A stretch of 63,991 nt of DNA, counting the filler, from Octopus bimaculoides (Eukaryota): assembly GCF_001194135.2 (NCBI RefSeq). It is 6 parts of 5 records of this genome, joined end to end, with 100 filler letters (N's around TTAATTAATTAA, not from the genome) between each part and the next. Parts side by side here need not be neighbours in the genome. Positions count along the whole stretch, not along the records: positions 62,860 to 63,991 come from NW_026360211.1; 5 more parts are not named here. One strand, 5' to 3'. This document shows positions 63,939 to 63,991 of the stretch, in pieces. The notes below the pieces were generated by a model. It was not told the origin of the DNA. It did not search any database and saw only the letters and a list, made by a program, of their open reading frames with translations. The stretch's first letter is position 1, and every line of letters starts with the position of its first letter. Position numbers and translations under genes: made by a program.

Positions 63939-63991
63939 ATACGCACCAACAGCTACTATCCCGCTTCTAATGGAATGGTTGAGCGTTTTCA
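63939..63991 (+). mobile_element. Ty3/gypsy integrase core fragment running off the window end
   Basis: IRTNSYYPASNGMVERF matches the integrase motif RTTxYHPxSNGxVERF. Confidence 0.85.

Overview
AT-rich, repeat-saturated animal genomic scaffold with many N gaps. The SINE families, LINE/DNA-transposon relics and extreme microsatellite density resemble an octopus (cephalopod) draft genome; this is an inference from remembered repeat sequences, not a database hit. No complete host protein-coding gene, rRNA, tRNA gene or CRISPR array is supportable, and nearly all long ORFs in the track are microsatellite, N-gap or antisense artefacts. Readable content: (i) many tRNA-derived SINE copies from at least 5 families (my labels A, B, C, D, F); (ii) decayed non-LTR elements (R4/Dong-like with restriction-like endonuclease, always joined to (TAA)n; an RTE fragment with an embedded PHD-like finger; an L1/Tx1-like 3' end); (iii) Ty3/gypsy relics (gag at ~15 kb; PBS and integrase at the window end); (iv) IS630-Tc1-mariner relics of DD34D, DD37D, DD41D and pogo/Tc2 types; (v) four minimal type-I hammerhead-ribozyme-like motifs, one inside a 200-bp TSD-flanked retrozyme/Penelope-like mini-element. 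Most notable observations: the hammerhead mini-element, a microsatellite that expanded in frame inside a LINE endonuclease active-site motif, a 504-bp near-perfect foldback, a possible SINE 3' transduction, an over-long tRNA-Trp copy at a gypsy PBS, and a CpG-depleted domain at ~55-60.8 kb. SINE boundaries are approximate (about +/-10-20 bp).
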